A stretch of DNA of 64,000 nt from Candidatus Goldiibacteriota bacterium (lineage in GTDB: Bacteria; Oederibacteriota; PGYV01; DYJU01), in the NCBI GenBank assembly GCA_938034975.1, contig CALHNI010000005.1, positions 60,718 through 124,717 on the forward strand. Direction: 5' to 3'. A program made the translations under genes and the position numbers. Position 1 is the stretch's first letter. Every line of letters starts with the position of its first letter. The notes beneath the pieces were generated by a model that had not been told where the DNA came from, did not search any database, and was given only the letters and a program-made list of their open reading frames with translations. This document shows positions 1 to 10,160 of the stretch, piece after piece.

Positions 1-2172
1 GTTTTTACAAAAAATTCAGATGCCAGGGTAAAAGCATATGCGCAGTATTTAATCGGAGAATGTTACAGAAAACAAAAGGATTTTAATAAAGCGCTTTTGG
101 CATATGAAAAAGTTATGGAAAATTATAATTCCATATATGATGTTTATTCTTCTGCTTTATTAAAAGCAGGATGGTGCTATATAGTCCTGAAAAATTATGA
201 CAAAGCCGAGAAAGTTTTAAATGAATTCACACAAAAATTTATAACCCATGAAAATATAGCGCTTGGTTATTATTTGATGGGAAATGCCTATTATGAAAGA
301 AAGCAATATCCACAGGCAATCCAAGCATATCAGTTTATATTAAATAAATTCAAATACACCGATATAACAGAAGCAGCACTTTTAATGACAATGCTTACCT
401 ATTATAATCAGGACCAGCTTGCACTTTTGGTAAGTGAAGCATCACATATTCTTGGAGTTTTATCAGGGAAATTTCAGTCACCGAAAAGCAAAATAAGAGC
501 AAGAGCATATTATTATTTAGGACTGGCATATTTTAAAACAGGTATGTTTGGACCTGCAGCACAAGCATTCAATGAAATCATAGAGAAATATTATGATTCT
601 GATATAACAGGCGAAGCAAGAGCAAATCTTGCGTGGTGTTTTTATGAACTTGAAAATTATAAAGCAGCAAGAACAATGGCAAGGGATGTCATATCAGGTG
701 GTATAAAAAATGAAGATGTAAAGCGCGCATGTGAAATTTTGATTGCCCATTCATTTTTTAATGAAAAACAGTATGATAAAGCAACAGCAAGTTATGGAGA
801 ATTTGCTTATAAATATGCAAAGTTAAAAGATCCCAAGGATATAGAATTGGTTGCAGAGGCACTATTTCAGCAGGGAAAAGTTTATGAAATTCAGGAATAT
901 TATATGGATGCGGTAAAATCATGGCAGGCATTATACGATAATTATCCAAAAGCAAAAAGAGCACCTGAGGCATTATATAAAATATCTGATATTTATTTTA
1001 AAGCACAACAATATGATAAAGCAATTGCAGGGTTTCAAAAAATTATTGAAAAATATCCTAATTCTGATGTTGCAGAAGATGCAATGCTTGCAATAGCAGA
1101 AGTTTATTATAATTCGGATCAGGAAGCCAAAGCAGTCCAGGCATATAAGGATTTTATAAAAAAATATCCGGATTCTAATAAAGTAAAAAGTGTGGAAGAC
1201 GGTATGCAAAGAGCAGAATTTAGAAAAGCAGAAAAAAAAGAAGACCCTGAAATGCTTTTACAATTTTTTGAAAAATACCCGCAGAGCAATCTTGCAGTTG
1301 ATGCTATATATAAAGCAGGAGAATTATATTACCAGATAGGAAAATTTGATAAATCCATAAGTGCTTTTAACAAACTTATAGAAGAATTTCCCAATGACAC
1401 ACTTGCTATAAATGCTCACTATTATATTGGTGCATGCTATGAAGAACTAAAAAAGACAGAAGAAGCAATGAACGCATATAAAGCATTTATTAAAAATTAT
1501 CCAAAACACAACTTAACTTCTGATGTTTATTTCAGATTGGCAACAGCAGCGTATTTTAGTAAAAATTATACTGATGCTGCATTTTATTATGAAAGGATTT
1601 TAGAAAAATATCCCGGAACAGAATATGAAAAAAATGCAATGTATAATCTTGCACTCACTTACATGGATTTAAATAAAATGGATGAAGCAATAAGATATTA
1701 TAAATTATTTGTCCAAAAATTTCCTGATGATGAAAAGAGTAAAAAAATACCTGGTCAGATTGCCGGTATATATCTTGAACAAAAAAGATACAATGAGGCA
1801 ATAGCATCTTATCAGGAAATAATAAACAAAGGGACTGAAATAGAAAAATTGGAAGCATATTATAGAATCGGTGATATATATATGAATATAGAAAATACAG
1901 ATAAAGCAATAGAAACATTTTTAAATCTGTTAAATACAAAAGAAAAGAGCAATATTTTCAGAGTTACAGGGCTTATAAATCTTGCATCTTTATATGAAGA
2001 AAAATCTGATTGGAAAAAAGCAGTTAAAATATATGAAGAAATTTCTGTAAGCGGTGGTCTGAAAGAATATGTGGATGGTGCAAAAGCAAGAATTTCAGAA
2101 ATAAAAAATGCATATCCTGATTTATTTAAGGAAAAAAAAGAAACAACAACTAAACCAAAAGAAAAAAAATAA
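1..2172 (+). CDS. TPR-repeat protein, 5' end truncated by the window edge (frame open from nt 1; listed ORF starts at 97)
   Basis: Long ORF with many 34-aa TPR-like repeats (AYY..G.AY....Y.KA motifs). Frame 1 has no stop from nt 1 to the ATG at 97. It sits directly upstream of the exbB/exbD/tonB cluster, as YbgF/CpoB-type TPR proteins often do. Confidence 0.75.
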   Translation, partial: VFTKNSDARVKAYAQYLIGECYRKQKDFNKALLAYEKVMENYNSIYDVYSSALLKAGWCYIVLKNYDKAEKVLNEFTQKFITHENIALGYYLMGNAYYERKQYPQAIQAYQFILNKFKYTDITEAALLMTMLTYYNQDQLALLVSEASHILGVLSGKFQSPKSKIRARAYYYLGLAYFKTGMFGPAAQAFNEIIEKYYDSDITGEARANLAWCFYELENYKAARTMARDVISGGIKNEDVKRACEILIAHSFFNEKQYDKATASYGEFAYKYAKLKDPKDIELVAEALFQQGKVYEIQEYYMDAVKSWQALYDNYPKAKRAPEALYKISDIYFKAQQYDKAIAGFQKIIEKYPNSDVAEDAMLAIAEVYYNSDQEAKAVQAYKDFIKKYPDSNKVKSVEDGMQRAEFRKAEKKEDPEMLLQFFEKYPQSNLAVDAIYKAGELYYQIGKFDKSISAFNKLIEEFPNDTLAINAHYYIGACYEELKKTEEAMNAYKAFIKNYPKHNLTSDVYFRLATAAYFSKNYTDAAFYYERILEKYPGTEYEKNAMYNLALTYMDLNKMDEAIRYYKLFVQKFPDDEKSKKIPGQIAGIYLEQKRYNEAIASYQEIINKGTEIEKLEAYYRIGDIYMNIENTDKAIETFLNLLNTKEKSNIFRVTGLINLASLYEEKSDWKKAVKIYEEISVSGGLKEYVDGAKARISEIKNAYPDLFKEKKETTTKPKEKK

Positions 2173-2196
2173 AATATTTTTATGGAGGTGTAAAAG

Positions 2197-2853
2197 ATGG
2201 AGCACAGCGGTTATGCAGTAGATTATATGCAGGTTTTAAGAAGCAGTTGGGTTATTGTACTTATGATTTTTCTTTCAATTATTGTTATTGGTGTCACTAT
2301 TGAGAGGTGGTTTTATTTTTTAAGAACAAAATTAGATTCTGATATTTTTATGGATAAAATAAAAAACTATATAATTGATGGTGACTATGAAGAAGCAATA
2401 AATTTTTGTAAAAAATCAAAAGGTTCAATTCCAATAGTTGTAAGAGTTGGTTTAGAAAACAGACAAATGCCCCGTGATGAAATAGATAAATTAATGGAAA
2501 CAGTCAGAATGGAGCAAAGGGTTAATTTGGAAAGATACCTTGGTATTTTGGGCACACTTGGTAATACTGCGCCATTTATAGGGCTTTTGGGAACAGTTTT
2601 AGGTATTATAAAAGCATTCAGGGATTTGGCATCATCAGCAGGTGGTGGACCAGAAGTTGTTATGGTAGGAATAGCAGAAGCGTTAATTGCAACAGCTGCT
2701 GGTTTGGGTGTTGCTATTCCAGCTGTTATATTATTTAACTATTTTATGAGAAAAGTTAAAAATATTTCAGTTGAGATGGATGCTGTCTCAAAAAAATTAT
2801 TAATTTTAATGGCAAATTATGGGGAAGGTGGACATGGCAGGAAGCGCGGATGA
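2197..2853 (+). CDS. exbB: MotA/TolQ/ExbB-family proton channel
   Basis: 218 aa with three TM segments and a C-terminal LGTLGNTAPFIGLLGTVLGII motif typical of ExbB/TolQ. GGAGG RBS. Followed by two exbD genes and tonB. Confidence 0.8.
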   Translation: MEHSGYAVDYMQVLRSSWVIVLMIFLSIIVIGVTIERWFYFLRTKLDSDIFMDKIKNYIIDGDYEEAINFCKKSKGSIPIVVRVGLENRQMPRDEIDKLMETVRMEQRVNLERYLGILGTLGNTAPFIGLLGTVLGIIKAFRDLASSAGGGPEVVMVGIAEALIATAAGLGVAIPAVILFNYFMRKVKNISVEMDAVSKKLLILMANYGEGGHGRKRG

Positions 2854-3244
2854 AGATGTAGCAATAACAGATATAAACGTAACACCACTTGTTGATATTT
2901 CTCTGGTGCTTGTTATTATTTTCATGGCAACAGCGCCCATGGTAATACAATCAGGTATTGTCGTTAATTCTTCAAAAGTAACAGCATCACATGGAAAAAG
3001 CACAAGGAGCGAAGCTGTGCAGGTAAGATTAACAGGAAAATCTATATATATTGATAATGACAAGATAGCAGAAGACAAATTTGAACCAATTATTAAAGCC
3101 AAGATCGCCCAGAATAAAAAGAAATTGGTAATTATTACTTCTGACAGAGATGTAAAACATGGTAAACTTGTATGGGTCCTTGACATGGCTAAAATGGCAG
3201 GTGCAAAAACAATATCATTAATGAAAGAGGAAAAGACAAAATGA
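2834..3244 (+). CDS. exbD: ExbD/TolR biopolymer transport protein (alternative upstream start 2819)
   Basis: Has the ITDINVTPLVDISLVLVIIFM N-terminal TM signature of ExbD/TolR. The start at 2834 has a GGTGG SD 5 nt upstream; the ORF-track start at 2819 overlaps exbB by 35 nt. Confidence 0.75.
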   Translation: MAGSADEDVAITDINVTPLVDISLVLVIIFMATAPMVIQSGIVVNSSKVTASHGKSTRSEAVQVRLTGKSIYIDNDKIAEDKFEPIIKAKIAQNKKKLVIITSDRDVKHGKLVWVLDMAKMAGAKTISLMKEEKTK

Positions 3245-3275
3245 AAATAAGAAAAAATTTAAAGGAGGTTTAATT

Positions 3276-3689
3276 ATGCAGGCAGGCGGCTCTGGAAAAG
3301 AAGATGAACCAATAACTGATATAAATGTAACCCCGCTTGTTGATGTATCACTTGTTTTAGTCATTATTTTTATGGTTACAACTCCTTTTATGACACAGTC
3401 AAGATTATCAGTTACTTTACCTAAAGCAGCAACAGATGAGACAAAAAATGAAGAATACGTAACTATAACAATAGACAAAGATGACAATATAAGTGTTAAT
3501 GAAAAAAATGTATATACCCCACAGGAAATGTTAATTACAATAAAACAAAAACTTGCAAAGACAGCAGATAAAGTTGTGATAATAAAAGCAGATGAAGAAA
3601 CCAAACACGGAATTATAATAGATGCAATGGAAACAGCAAAAGAAGCAAAACCTAAAAAGATTTATTTTGCAACCCGACAAAAAAAATAA
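3276..3689 (+). CDS. exbD: ExbD/TolR paralog
   Basis: Second copy of the ITDINVTPLVDVSLVLVIIFM motif. AAGGAGG RBS 8 nt upstream. Confidence 0.75.
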   Translation: MQAGGSGKEDEPITDINVTPLVDVSLVLVIIFMVTTPFMTQSRLSVTLPKAATDETKNEEYVTITIDKDDNISVNEKNVYTPQEMLITIKQKLAKTADKVVIIKADEETKHGIIIDAMETAKEAKPKKIYFATRQKK

Positions 3690-3709
3690 AAAGAATCAAG
3701 GAGTTTTTT

Positions 3710-4675
3710 ATGTTTGCGAGTGACTATAATAAAAAAGGAGTTACAATTTCATACACAGTTTCTATAACTCTTCATATTATTGCTTTGCTTCTTTTTCTGT
3801 TTATCCAGAATAAACAAAAAAAGGCAATGCTGGATTATACTTTAACTGAGATTACAATATTAGAAGAAGTTCCGGATGAAAAACCTAAGCCGGTTCAAAT
3901 TGAAAAACCAAAAATGATGTTTGACATATTAAAACAAATAATACCAGTTAAACAAAAGGCATCAATTGAAGTTGCAAAACCCAAGACATTGGAAATAGAA
4001 AAACCCAAAATAGATTTAAAAAAGCCGCAGGCATTATCACTTGAAAAAATGGATGATAAATTAAAGCCTGCGATGAAAGCAATAGACCTTGATAATGAAA
4101 TAGGTCAGAAAAAAATATCACCAGCGATGATGAAACAGCAACTTGAATTACAGCAACAGCAGCAAAAACTTGCAGCTGCACCATCAAAGATTGATCTGTC
4201 CCAATCAGCTACTAAAAAAAGTAGTTTTCTGCCTGTTGAAAGACCAGCGATAAGTGCTGATTCCGTTCAAAGAGGGAGTGCATTAAAAGCATCTTCTTTA
4301 AAATTAGGCAAACCAACACCAGAACCGGAAAAAAAGGTTCAGGAAGAACAGATTGTTATAAAAAAAGAAAAAGGTGCTGCACTTTTAATAACCGGGCAGA
4401 TAGAAAACAGGGCGATTTTACGTAAGTTCGTTCCAGCGTATCCAAGATGGGCACAGGAGCAGGGAATAGAAGCCCAGATTGCAATTAATTTTGTTGTAAA
4501 GCCAGATGGGTCGGTTAAAGACAATGCATATGTTAGTAAAGGGAGTGGTTATCCAGAACTTGATCAGATTGCTTTGGAAGCAATTTTGAAATTTCAGTTT
4601 GCTCCGCTTTCTTCTTCTGAAAGACAGGAAGATCAGTCCGGAACAGCAATATTTAAATTCCAGTTAATAAAATGA
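3710..4675 (+). CDS. TonB-family energy transducer (N-terminal TM anchor, Lys/Pro-rich spacer, C-terminal TonB-like domain)
   Basis: N-terminal TM helix, a (E/K)KP(K) periodic spacer (PKPVQIEKPK, AKPKTLEIEKPK), and a C-terminal YP..A...G.EG.V...F.V..DG.V domain. Lies downstream of exbBDD. Confidence 0.65.
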   Translation: MFASDYNKKGVTISYTVSITLHIIALLLFLFIQNKQKKAMLDYTLTEITILEEVPDEKPKPVQIEKPKMMFDILKQIIPVKQKASIEVAKPKTLEIEKPKIDLKKPQALSLEKMDDKLKPAMKAIDLDNEIGQKKISPAMMKQQLELQQQQQKLAAAPSKIDLSQSATKKSSFLPVERPAISADSVQRGSALKASSLKLGKPTPEPEKKVQEEQIVIKKEKGAALLITGQIENRAILRKFVPAYPRWAQEQGIEAQIAINFVVKPDGSVKDNAYVSKGSGYPELDQIALEAILKFQFAPLSSSERQEDQSGTAIFKFQLIK

Positions 4676-4686
4676 GGTGATGTTAA

Positions 4687-5586
4687 ATGATAAAAAAGAT
4701 TTTTATAATTTTTATGACTATTTTAGTTTTTGTTTTTTGGTCAGTTGCTGAAGAACAAAAACAGGAAGGAGACCAGAGCGAGGTTGTTGTTAAAGGACAG
4801 TTAAAAATAAAAGTTGAGACAAAAAAACCAGATATAGAAATATCAACAGATATAAATGACGTAGCTGATGAAGCAGTAAAAACTGAAGAAATATATTTAA
4901 GTCTTGCGCCTGAGGATATAAAAGATATAAAGGCAAGTATTCCAGGGACAATTTATGAGGAAAGAGCAGATTATCATCCTGAACTTAATTTAATTGAAAC
5001 CCAACCAATTTTTTCAGTAAGTCCCAAATTTAAGCAAAATACAGAAATGGACAAATGGGAATTTAAAGTCACAGATCCTACAGGAAGATCTGTTTATTTG
5101 GTAAAAGGTGGTGGAAATTTGCCTGAAAAAATTATATGGGATGGTTTTGATAAAGAAGGAAAGATTCTAAAATTAAATGTTCCTTATTTATACATGTTAA
5201 CTTATGTTGATAAAGCCGGAAACCCCGGGAATTTAATGAGAAAAGACCCTAAAATAGTAAATGCTATAAAATACAATAAAGATGGAAAATTATACATAGA
5301 AATTTCCCATAAAATTCTTTTTGATTCTAAAAGAAAAGAAAAAATAACTGATGAAGGGAAAAAATATATAAAAGAAATTGAAAATTATTTAAAATCGTAT
5401 AATAAATTTCCAGTTCTAATAAATTTTTATTCAGAAGATAAAGAATTAGGTAATGACCAGATTTTTTCTCTTGAAAAGATATTGACAGAAGATTTGAAAT
5501 TGCCAAAAGAATTTTTCAAGATGGAAAGTTATAAGGATGAGAGTATACCTAAAAATTTCAGGACAGTATTTATAATAGGCGGTTAA
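4687..5586 (+). CDS. hypothetical secreted protein (signal peptide)
   Basis: 299 aa with an N-terminal hydrophobic signal (MIKKIFIIFMTILVFVFWSVA). No confident domain call. Possibly co-transcribed with the Exb/Ton genes. Confidence 0.5.
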   Translation: MIKKIFIIFMTILVFVFWSVAEEQKQEGDQSEVVVKGQLKIKVETKKPDIEISTDINDVADEAVKTEEIYLSLAPEDIKDIKASIPGTIYEERADYHPELNLIETQPIFSVSPKFKQNTEMDKWEFKVTDPTGRSVYLVKGGGNLPEKIIWDGFDKEGKILKLNVPYLYMLTYVDKAGNPGNLMRKDPKIVNAIKYNKDGKLYIEISHKILFDSKRKEKITDEGKKYIKEIENYLKSYNKFPVLINFYSEDKELGNDQIFSLEKILTEDLKLPKEFFKMESYKDESIPKNFRTVFIIGG

Positions 5587-5588
5587 TA

Positions 5589-6164
5589 ATGATTTACATT
5601 AAATATAGCGGAATTATAAATTCAAAGAATTTACTTCCTCAGATGAAGGAAGAATTTCAGGATATATGCGAAATAAGTGGCTGGAATTATGAAGCAATAA
5701 ATGAAAATTTTAATACATTAACAAACAAAGCAAAAAAAGAAATATTTGAGATGGATTTGGTTGAAATTGATGATACAGAAAATGAACCCAAGCAAGTTAA
5801 AGGCAAAGATATTTATCTGGAAGGTTTTAGTATAAATATAAATAAAGGAGTTGAACCTTTAAAATTTACTTTTGATAAAAAAGGGCAGATTGCTGCAATT
5901 TCTTTTTATACCACCGATACGATAGGGATTAACAGTAAAATAACAGTTAAAAAATACGAATTTATGTATTATCCATATATAAAGATCTATACAGGAAATT
6001 ATGATACCCATAAAAAAATGGTAAAAGTGCTTGATTATGTAAAGAAAAAATACATAAAAAATCTTGAAGTTATTGATACATCTTTTTATTGGGATAATAG
6101 AGATGATGAAAATTTAATAATAAAATTCTGGAAAGAAAGAAAAAATAAACAAATCACAAGATAA
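5589..6164 (+). CDS. hypothetical protein
   Basis: 191-aa ORF starting 3 nt after the previous gene. No recognisable motif. Confidence 0.45.
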   Translation: MIYIKYSGIINSKNLLPQMKEEFQDICEISGWNYEAINENFNTLTNKAKKEIFEMDLVEIDDTENEPKQVKGKDIYLEGFSININKGVEPLKFTFDKKGQIAAISFYTTDTIGINSKITVKKYEFMYYPYIKIYTGNYDTHKKMVKVLDYVKKKYIKNLEVIDTSFYWDNRDDENLIIKFWKERKNKQITR

Positions 6165-6227
6165 GTTTAAAAAGCAATCCTTTTTAAAATAAATCCAGAT
6201 AAAAAAAATATTGTAAGGAGTAATTAT

Positions 6228-7202
6228 ATGAAAAAAATAGCAGTATTAACAACCGGTGGTGATGCACCAGGTATGAATGCAGCAATAAGAGCGGTTGTAA
6301 GAACTGCGATTTTTTCAGGGGCCGAAATAGTTGGGGTTGAACATGGATTTAAAGGATTAATAGAAAATAGATTTAAACAAATGGGTTTAAGTAGTGTAAG
6401 TGGTATTATAAATAAAGGCGGGACTATATTGCAGACATTGAGGTGTCCTGAGTTCCATTCTAGAGAAAAAAGAGAAATTGCATATAGAAATTTAATAAAT
6501 AATCGGATTGAAGGAATTATTGTTATAGGTGGAGACGGTTCAAGAAAAGGTGCATTTTTAATAACAAAAGAAACAAAAATACCATCTGTTTTTATACCTG
6601 CATCCATTGATAATGATGTTTATGGGACTGACATGACAATAGGATTTGATACTGCGGTAAACACAGGGATTGATGCAATTGACAAAATTCGTGATACCGC
6701 TTCATCACATGAAAGAATTTTTATTGTTGAAGTGATGGGCAGGGAACATGGATTTTTAGCACTTGAAATCGGTTTAACCGGTGGAGCAGAAATTATTTTA
6801 ATTCCGGAATTTAAAAAAGATTATACTCTTGAAAAAATTTGTAACATAATAATAAAAGGTATAAAAAGAGGTAAGGATAGTTCAATTATAGTTGCAGCAG
6901 AAGGTTTTGGTAATATAAAAGATTGGGCTGGGAAAATCCAAAAAATTACTGGCTTAGAAACAAGATATACAGTTTTAGGATATATACAAAGAGGAGGAAA
7001 ACCAACTGCATATAGCCGTAAATTAGGACTTGTTTACGGATATGAAGCAGTTGTTTCTTTAATTAAATCAGGTAAAAATAAATCGTTAATGGTTGGTATG
7101 CAAAACGGTAAAGTCATGGTAATTGATATGAAGAAAGTTATAAATAAAGAAAAAAGAATAGATAAAAAAAATTATGATATAAATAAAATTTTTGCATTAT
7201 AA
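6228..7202 (+). CDS. pfkA: ATP-dependent 6-phosphofructokinase
   Basis: N-terminus MKKIAVLTTGGDAPGMNAAIRAVV, plus GGDGS and MGR motifs characteristic of PFK-A. AGGAG RBS. Confidence 0.85.
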   Translation: MKKIAVLTTGGDAPGMNAAIRAVVRTAIFSGAEIVGVEHGFKGLIENRFKQMGLSSVSGIINKGGTILQTLRCPEFHSREKREIAYRNLINNRIEGIIVIGGDGSRKGAFLITKETKIPSVFIPASIDNDVYGTDMTIGFDTAVNTGIDAIDKIRDTASSHERIFIVEVMGREHGFLALEIGLTGGAEIILIPEFKKDYTLEKICNIIIKGIKRGKDSSIIVAAEGFGNIKDWAGKIQKITGLETRYTVLGYIQRGGKPTAYSRKLGLVYGYEAVVSLIKSGKNKSLMVGMQNGKVMVIDMKKVINKEKRIDKKNYDINKIFAL

Positions 7203-7204
7203 AG

Positions 7205-8614
7205 GTGTTGAAATTGATAAAAATAAAATTTTTAGGTGCAGCAAGAGAAGTTACAGGTTCTATGCATCTTTTAGAAAAAGATGGATTTAAATTGCTTCTT
7301 GATTGTGGAATGCAGCAGGGAAAAAGAAAAGAAAGTTTTGAAAGAAACAGAGATTTTCCATTTAACCCGGAAGAAATAAATTCAGTGATTATTTCTCATG
7401 CTCATATTGACCATTCTGGTAATATACCTACTTTAACCAGTAAGGGTTATAATAATAAAATCTATACAACCTATGTAACAAGAGATTTATGTGAATATAT
7501 GTTGCCTGACAGTGCTTATGTTCAGATAAAGGATGTAGAGTATATAAATAAAAAAAGAGAAAAACAGGGGAAAGTCCTTTTTGAGCCACTTTATACAATT
7601 GAACAGGCAAAAGAAAGTATAAAATATTTTGTGCCCAAAAATTTAGGTGAACATTTTTTTTTAAACGAAGATATAGAAGTATTTTTCCTAAACGCAGGGC
7701 ACATTCTGGGTTCTGCGCTTACGGTTATTAAAATTAAAGAAAATGGTAAAAAAATAAAAATAGGTTTTACTGGTGATTTGGGAAGGCGTAATTTACCTAT
7801 TTTAAAAGAACCTGATTTTTTCCTGAACATTGATTATTTGATTATTGAAAGCACCTATGGAGGGAGAACTCATGGTGATATAAATAATGCATTTTTAAGA
7901 TTGGAAAAACTTATTAATACAACATACAAAAATGGCGGGAAAATAATAGTGCCTGTATTTGCAGTAGAAAGGTCGCAGGAAATATTATATGCATTAAATA
8001 AACTATATATTGAGAAAAAGATACCACCAATTACTATTTTCCTTGATAGTCCGCTTGCAATAAATATAACAGAAGTATTTATGAAACACAACGAATGTTT
8101 TGACAGTGAAACATTAAAATACATAGTCAATCATCAAAATCCTTTTTATTCTGAACTTGTAAAAATAACATCGGATGTGGAGGAATCAAAAAAGATAAAT
8201 GATTTTGATAAACCATGTATCATACTTTCTGCAACCGGGATGTGTGAAGCAGGAAGAATTTTACATCATTTGAAAAACAACATTGAAAATTCAAAAAATA
8301 TAATTTTAATAGTCGGATTTCAGGCGCAGAATACACTTGGCAGAAGACTTGTAGAAGGTGAAAAAAAAGTAAAAATTTTCGGAGAACAATACAGTGTAAA
8401 TGCAAAAATTGAGGTTATAAATGAATTCAGCGCACATGCTGGACAGAATGAACTTATAAATTTTATTAAAAAAGCAAATAGTGAAAAACTAAAAAAGATA
8501 TTTTTGGTTCACGGTGAAGTATCTGAACAGGAAAAACTTATTGAAGTTTTGAAAAATGAAGGTATAACCAATGTATGTAATCCTGAATTATTTGCCGAAT
8601 ATGAATTAGTATAA
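7205..8614 (+). CDS. metallo-beta-lactamase fold ribonuclease of the beta-CASP family (RNase J / CPSF-like)
   Basis: HAHIDHSG zinc motif, followed by beta-CASP-like segments, then a C-terminal H..G sequence; 469 aa. Confidence 0.7.
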   Translation: MLKLIKIKFLGAAREVTGSMHLLEKDGFKLLLDCGMQQGKRKESFERNRDFPFNPEEINSVIISHAHIDHSGNIPTLTSKGYNNKIYTTYVTRDLCEYMLPDSAYVQIKDVEYINKKREKQGKVLFEPLYTIEQAKESIKYFVPKNLGEHFFLNEDIEVFFLNAGHILGSALTVIKIKENGKKIKIGFTGDLGRRNLPILKEPDFFLNIDYLIIESTYGGRTHGDINNAFLRLEKLINTTYKNGGKIIVPVFAVERSQEILYALNKLYIEKKIPPITIFLDSPLAINITEVFMKHNECFDSETLKYIVNHQNPFYSELVKITSDVEESKKINDFDKPCIILSATGMCEAGRILHHLKNNIENSKNIILIVGFQAQNTLGRRLVEGEKKVKIFGEQYSVNAKIEVINEFSAHAGQNELINFIKKANSEKLKKIFLVHGEVSEQEKLIEVLKNEGITNVCNPELFAEYELV

Positions 8615-8626
8615 AAGGAAATTTTA

Positions 8627-9292
8627 ATGATAAAATTTAATCATGTATTTAAAATTTATGAAAAGAATATAAAAGCACTTGAAGATATAAATTTTTCTAT
8701 ATCAAAAGGAGAATTTGTTTTTTTAACCGGCCCTTCTGGTGCTGGAAAAACAACGATTTTAAATTTATTATACAGGGAAGATATTCCTGACATGGGATCT
8801 GTTTTTGTCAATAATGAAGATATATCGCATATAAGTGATAGAAAACTGCCGTTTTACAGGCGAAACATCGGTTTTGTTTTTCAGGATTTTAAATTATTGT
8901 TTGACAGAACTGTTTTTGATAATATTGCATTACCGCTTGTTATAACCAAAACAGAAAAAAAATTTATAAAAAATAAAGTGGAAGAATATATCAATAAAAC
9001 AGGACTTTGTGGAAAGGAAAAATTAACACCATGGCATTTATCCGGGGGTGAAAAACAAAAAGTAGCAATAGCAAGAGCTTTTATAACAAATCCTTCTTTA
9101 ATACTCGCGGATGAACCAACAGGTAATCTGGATGATGAAAGTTCATGGGAAATAATTAAAATGTTTGAAGAAGTTAATAAAGAAGGGACAACAATATTAT
9201 TTGCAACACACAACAAAGAATTGTTACAAAAAATGAATAAAAGAGTTATAAGATTAAATAAAGGCAAGGTAATATCCGATGAAAGTATTTAA
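8627..9292 (+). CDS. ftsE: cell-division ABC transporter ATP-binding protein FtsE
   Basis: Walker A GPSGAGKTT, signature LSGGEKQ, Walker B ILADEPTGNLD; 221 aa; followed by ftsX. Confidence 0.85.
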   Translation: MIKFNHVFKIYEKNIKALEDINFSISKGEFVFLTGPSGAGKTTILNLLYREDIPDMGSVFVNNEDISHISDRKLPFYRRNIGFVFQDFKLLFDRTVFDNIALPLVITKTEKKFIKNKVEEYINKTGLCGKEKLTPWHLSGGEKQKVAIARAFITNPSLILADEPTGNLDDESSWEIIKMFEEVNKEGTTILFATHNKELLQKMNKRVIRLNKGKVISDESI

Positions 9293-10160
9293 AGAAGTTT
9301 TTTTAAATTTTAAAAAAAGCGGATTCATGAACTTAATTTCCGTCGGTACAATAGCAATTACCATAATAATCCTTGGAAGTTATTTTATTGCAAATCTTGC
9401 CGTTAATCATTTTTTGTCACGGGTTGAGAATAAAATTGAAATTGTAGTATTTTTAAAAGATGGTTTTGCGGCTGAAAAAATGAAAAATACAATAACAGAA
9501 CTGGAATCATTAAATGAAATTGAAGATGTAAAATTTATTTCAAAGTATGATGCCTATCAGGAATTTGTAAAAGACAAAGAGATATTAACAATTTTGCAGA
9601 GTTTTGAGAGTAATCCTTTGCCTGATTCTATAAAGATAAAGTTAAAAGAATATACACCGAAAAATATTGATAAAATTATAAATATTTTAAAATCAAAAGA
9701 AGGTATAGAAGAGATACAGTATGGGGGGAAGGAAATTGAAAATCTTTTAAATATTTTAAATGTGATAAAAATAATTATGATAGTGATAGGAATTATTTTT
9801 ATTATTTCGTCTTTGCTTGTTGTTTCTAATATAATAAAACTTACAATTTACGCAAGACGGCAAGATATATATATTTTTAAAATGGTAGGTGCGACAAATT
9901 TTTTTATTAAAATGCCTTTTATTTTGGAAGGAATTATTCACGGTTTTTTTGGTGGCATAATCGGCTGGGTTATTTTATATGTAATAATAAATATTCTTTT
10001 AACTGAAATAAAAAAAGAAACAGGCCTTGATTTTACCGGATTTTATGTTTTTACTCCGTCTTTTTTTTCATTAAAATTTTTAATTGAGACTATAATAGCG
10101 GGTATTTTGCTTGGATTTTTTGGAAGTTTGTTATCGCTTGGTAACATAAAAGAAAAATGA
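9279..10160 (+). CDS. ftsX: cell-division permease FtsX
   Basis: 293 aa with four TM segments and a periplasmic loop. Overlaps ftsE by 14 nt, as usual for ftsEX. Confidence 0.75.
   Translation: MKVFKEVFLNFKKSGFMNLISVGTIAITIIILGSYFIANLAVNHFLSRVENKIEIVVFLKDGFAAEKMKNTITELESLNEIEDVKFISKYDAYQEFVKDKEILTILQSFESNPLPDSIKIKLKEYTPKNIDKIINILKSKEGIEEIQYGGKEIENLLNILNVIKIIMIVIGIIFIISSLLVVSNIIKLTIYARRQDIYIFKMVGATNFFIKMPFILEGIIHGFFGGIIGWVILYVIINILLTEIKKETGLDFTGFYVFTPSFFSLKFLIETIIAGILLGFFGSLLSLGNIKEK

Noticed and set aside
2806-3604. 126-128-aa minus-strand ORFs antisense to exbD genes, and similar 60-160-aa antisense ORFs throughout (e.g. 16131-16619, 26353-26880, 29137-29622, 34462-34911)
   Set aside because: Each is fully embedded antisense in a well-supported + strand gene with clear family motifs. 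They are low-complexity Ser/Phe/Ile-rich translations typical of AT-rich antisense frames and have no RBS.
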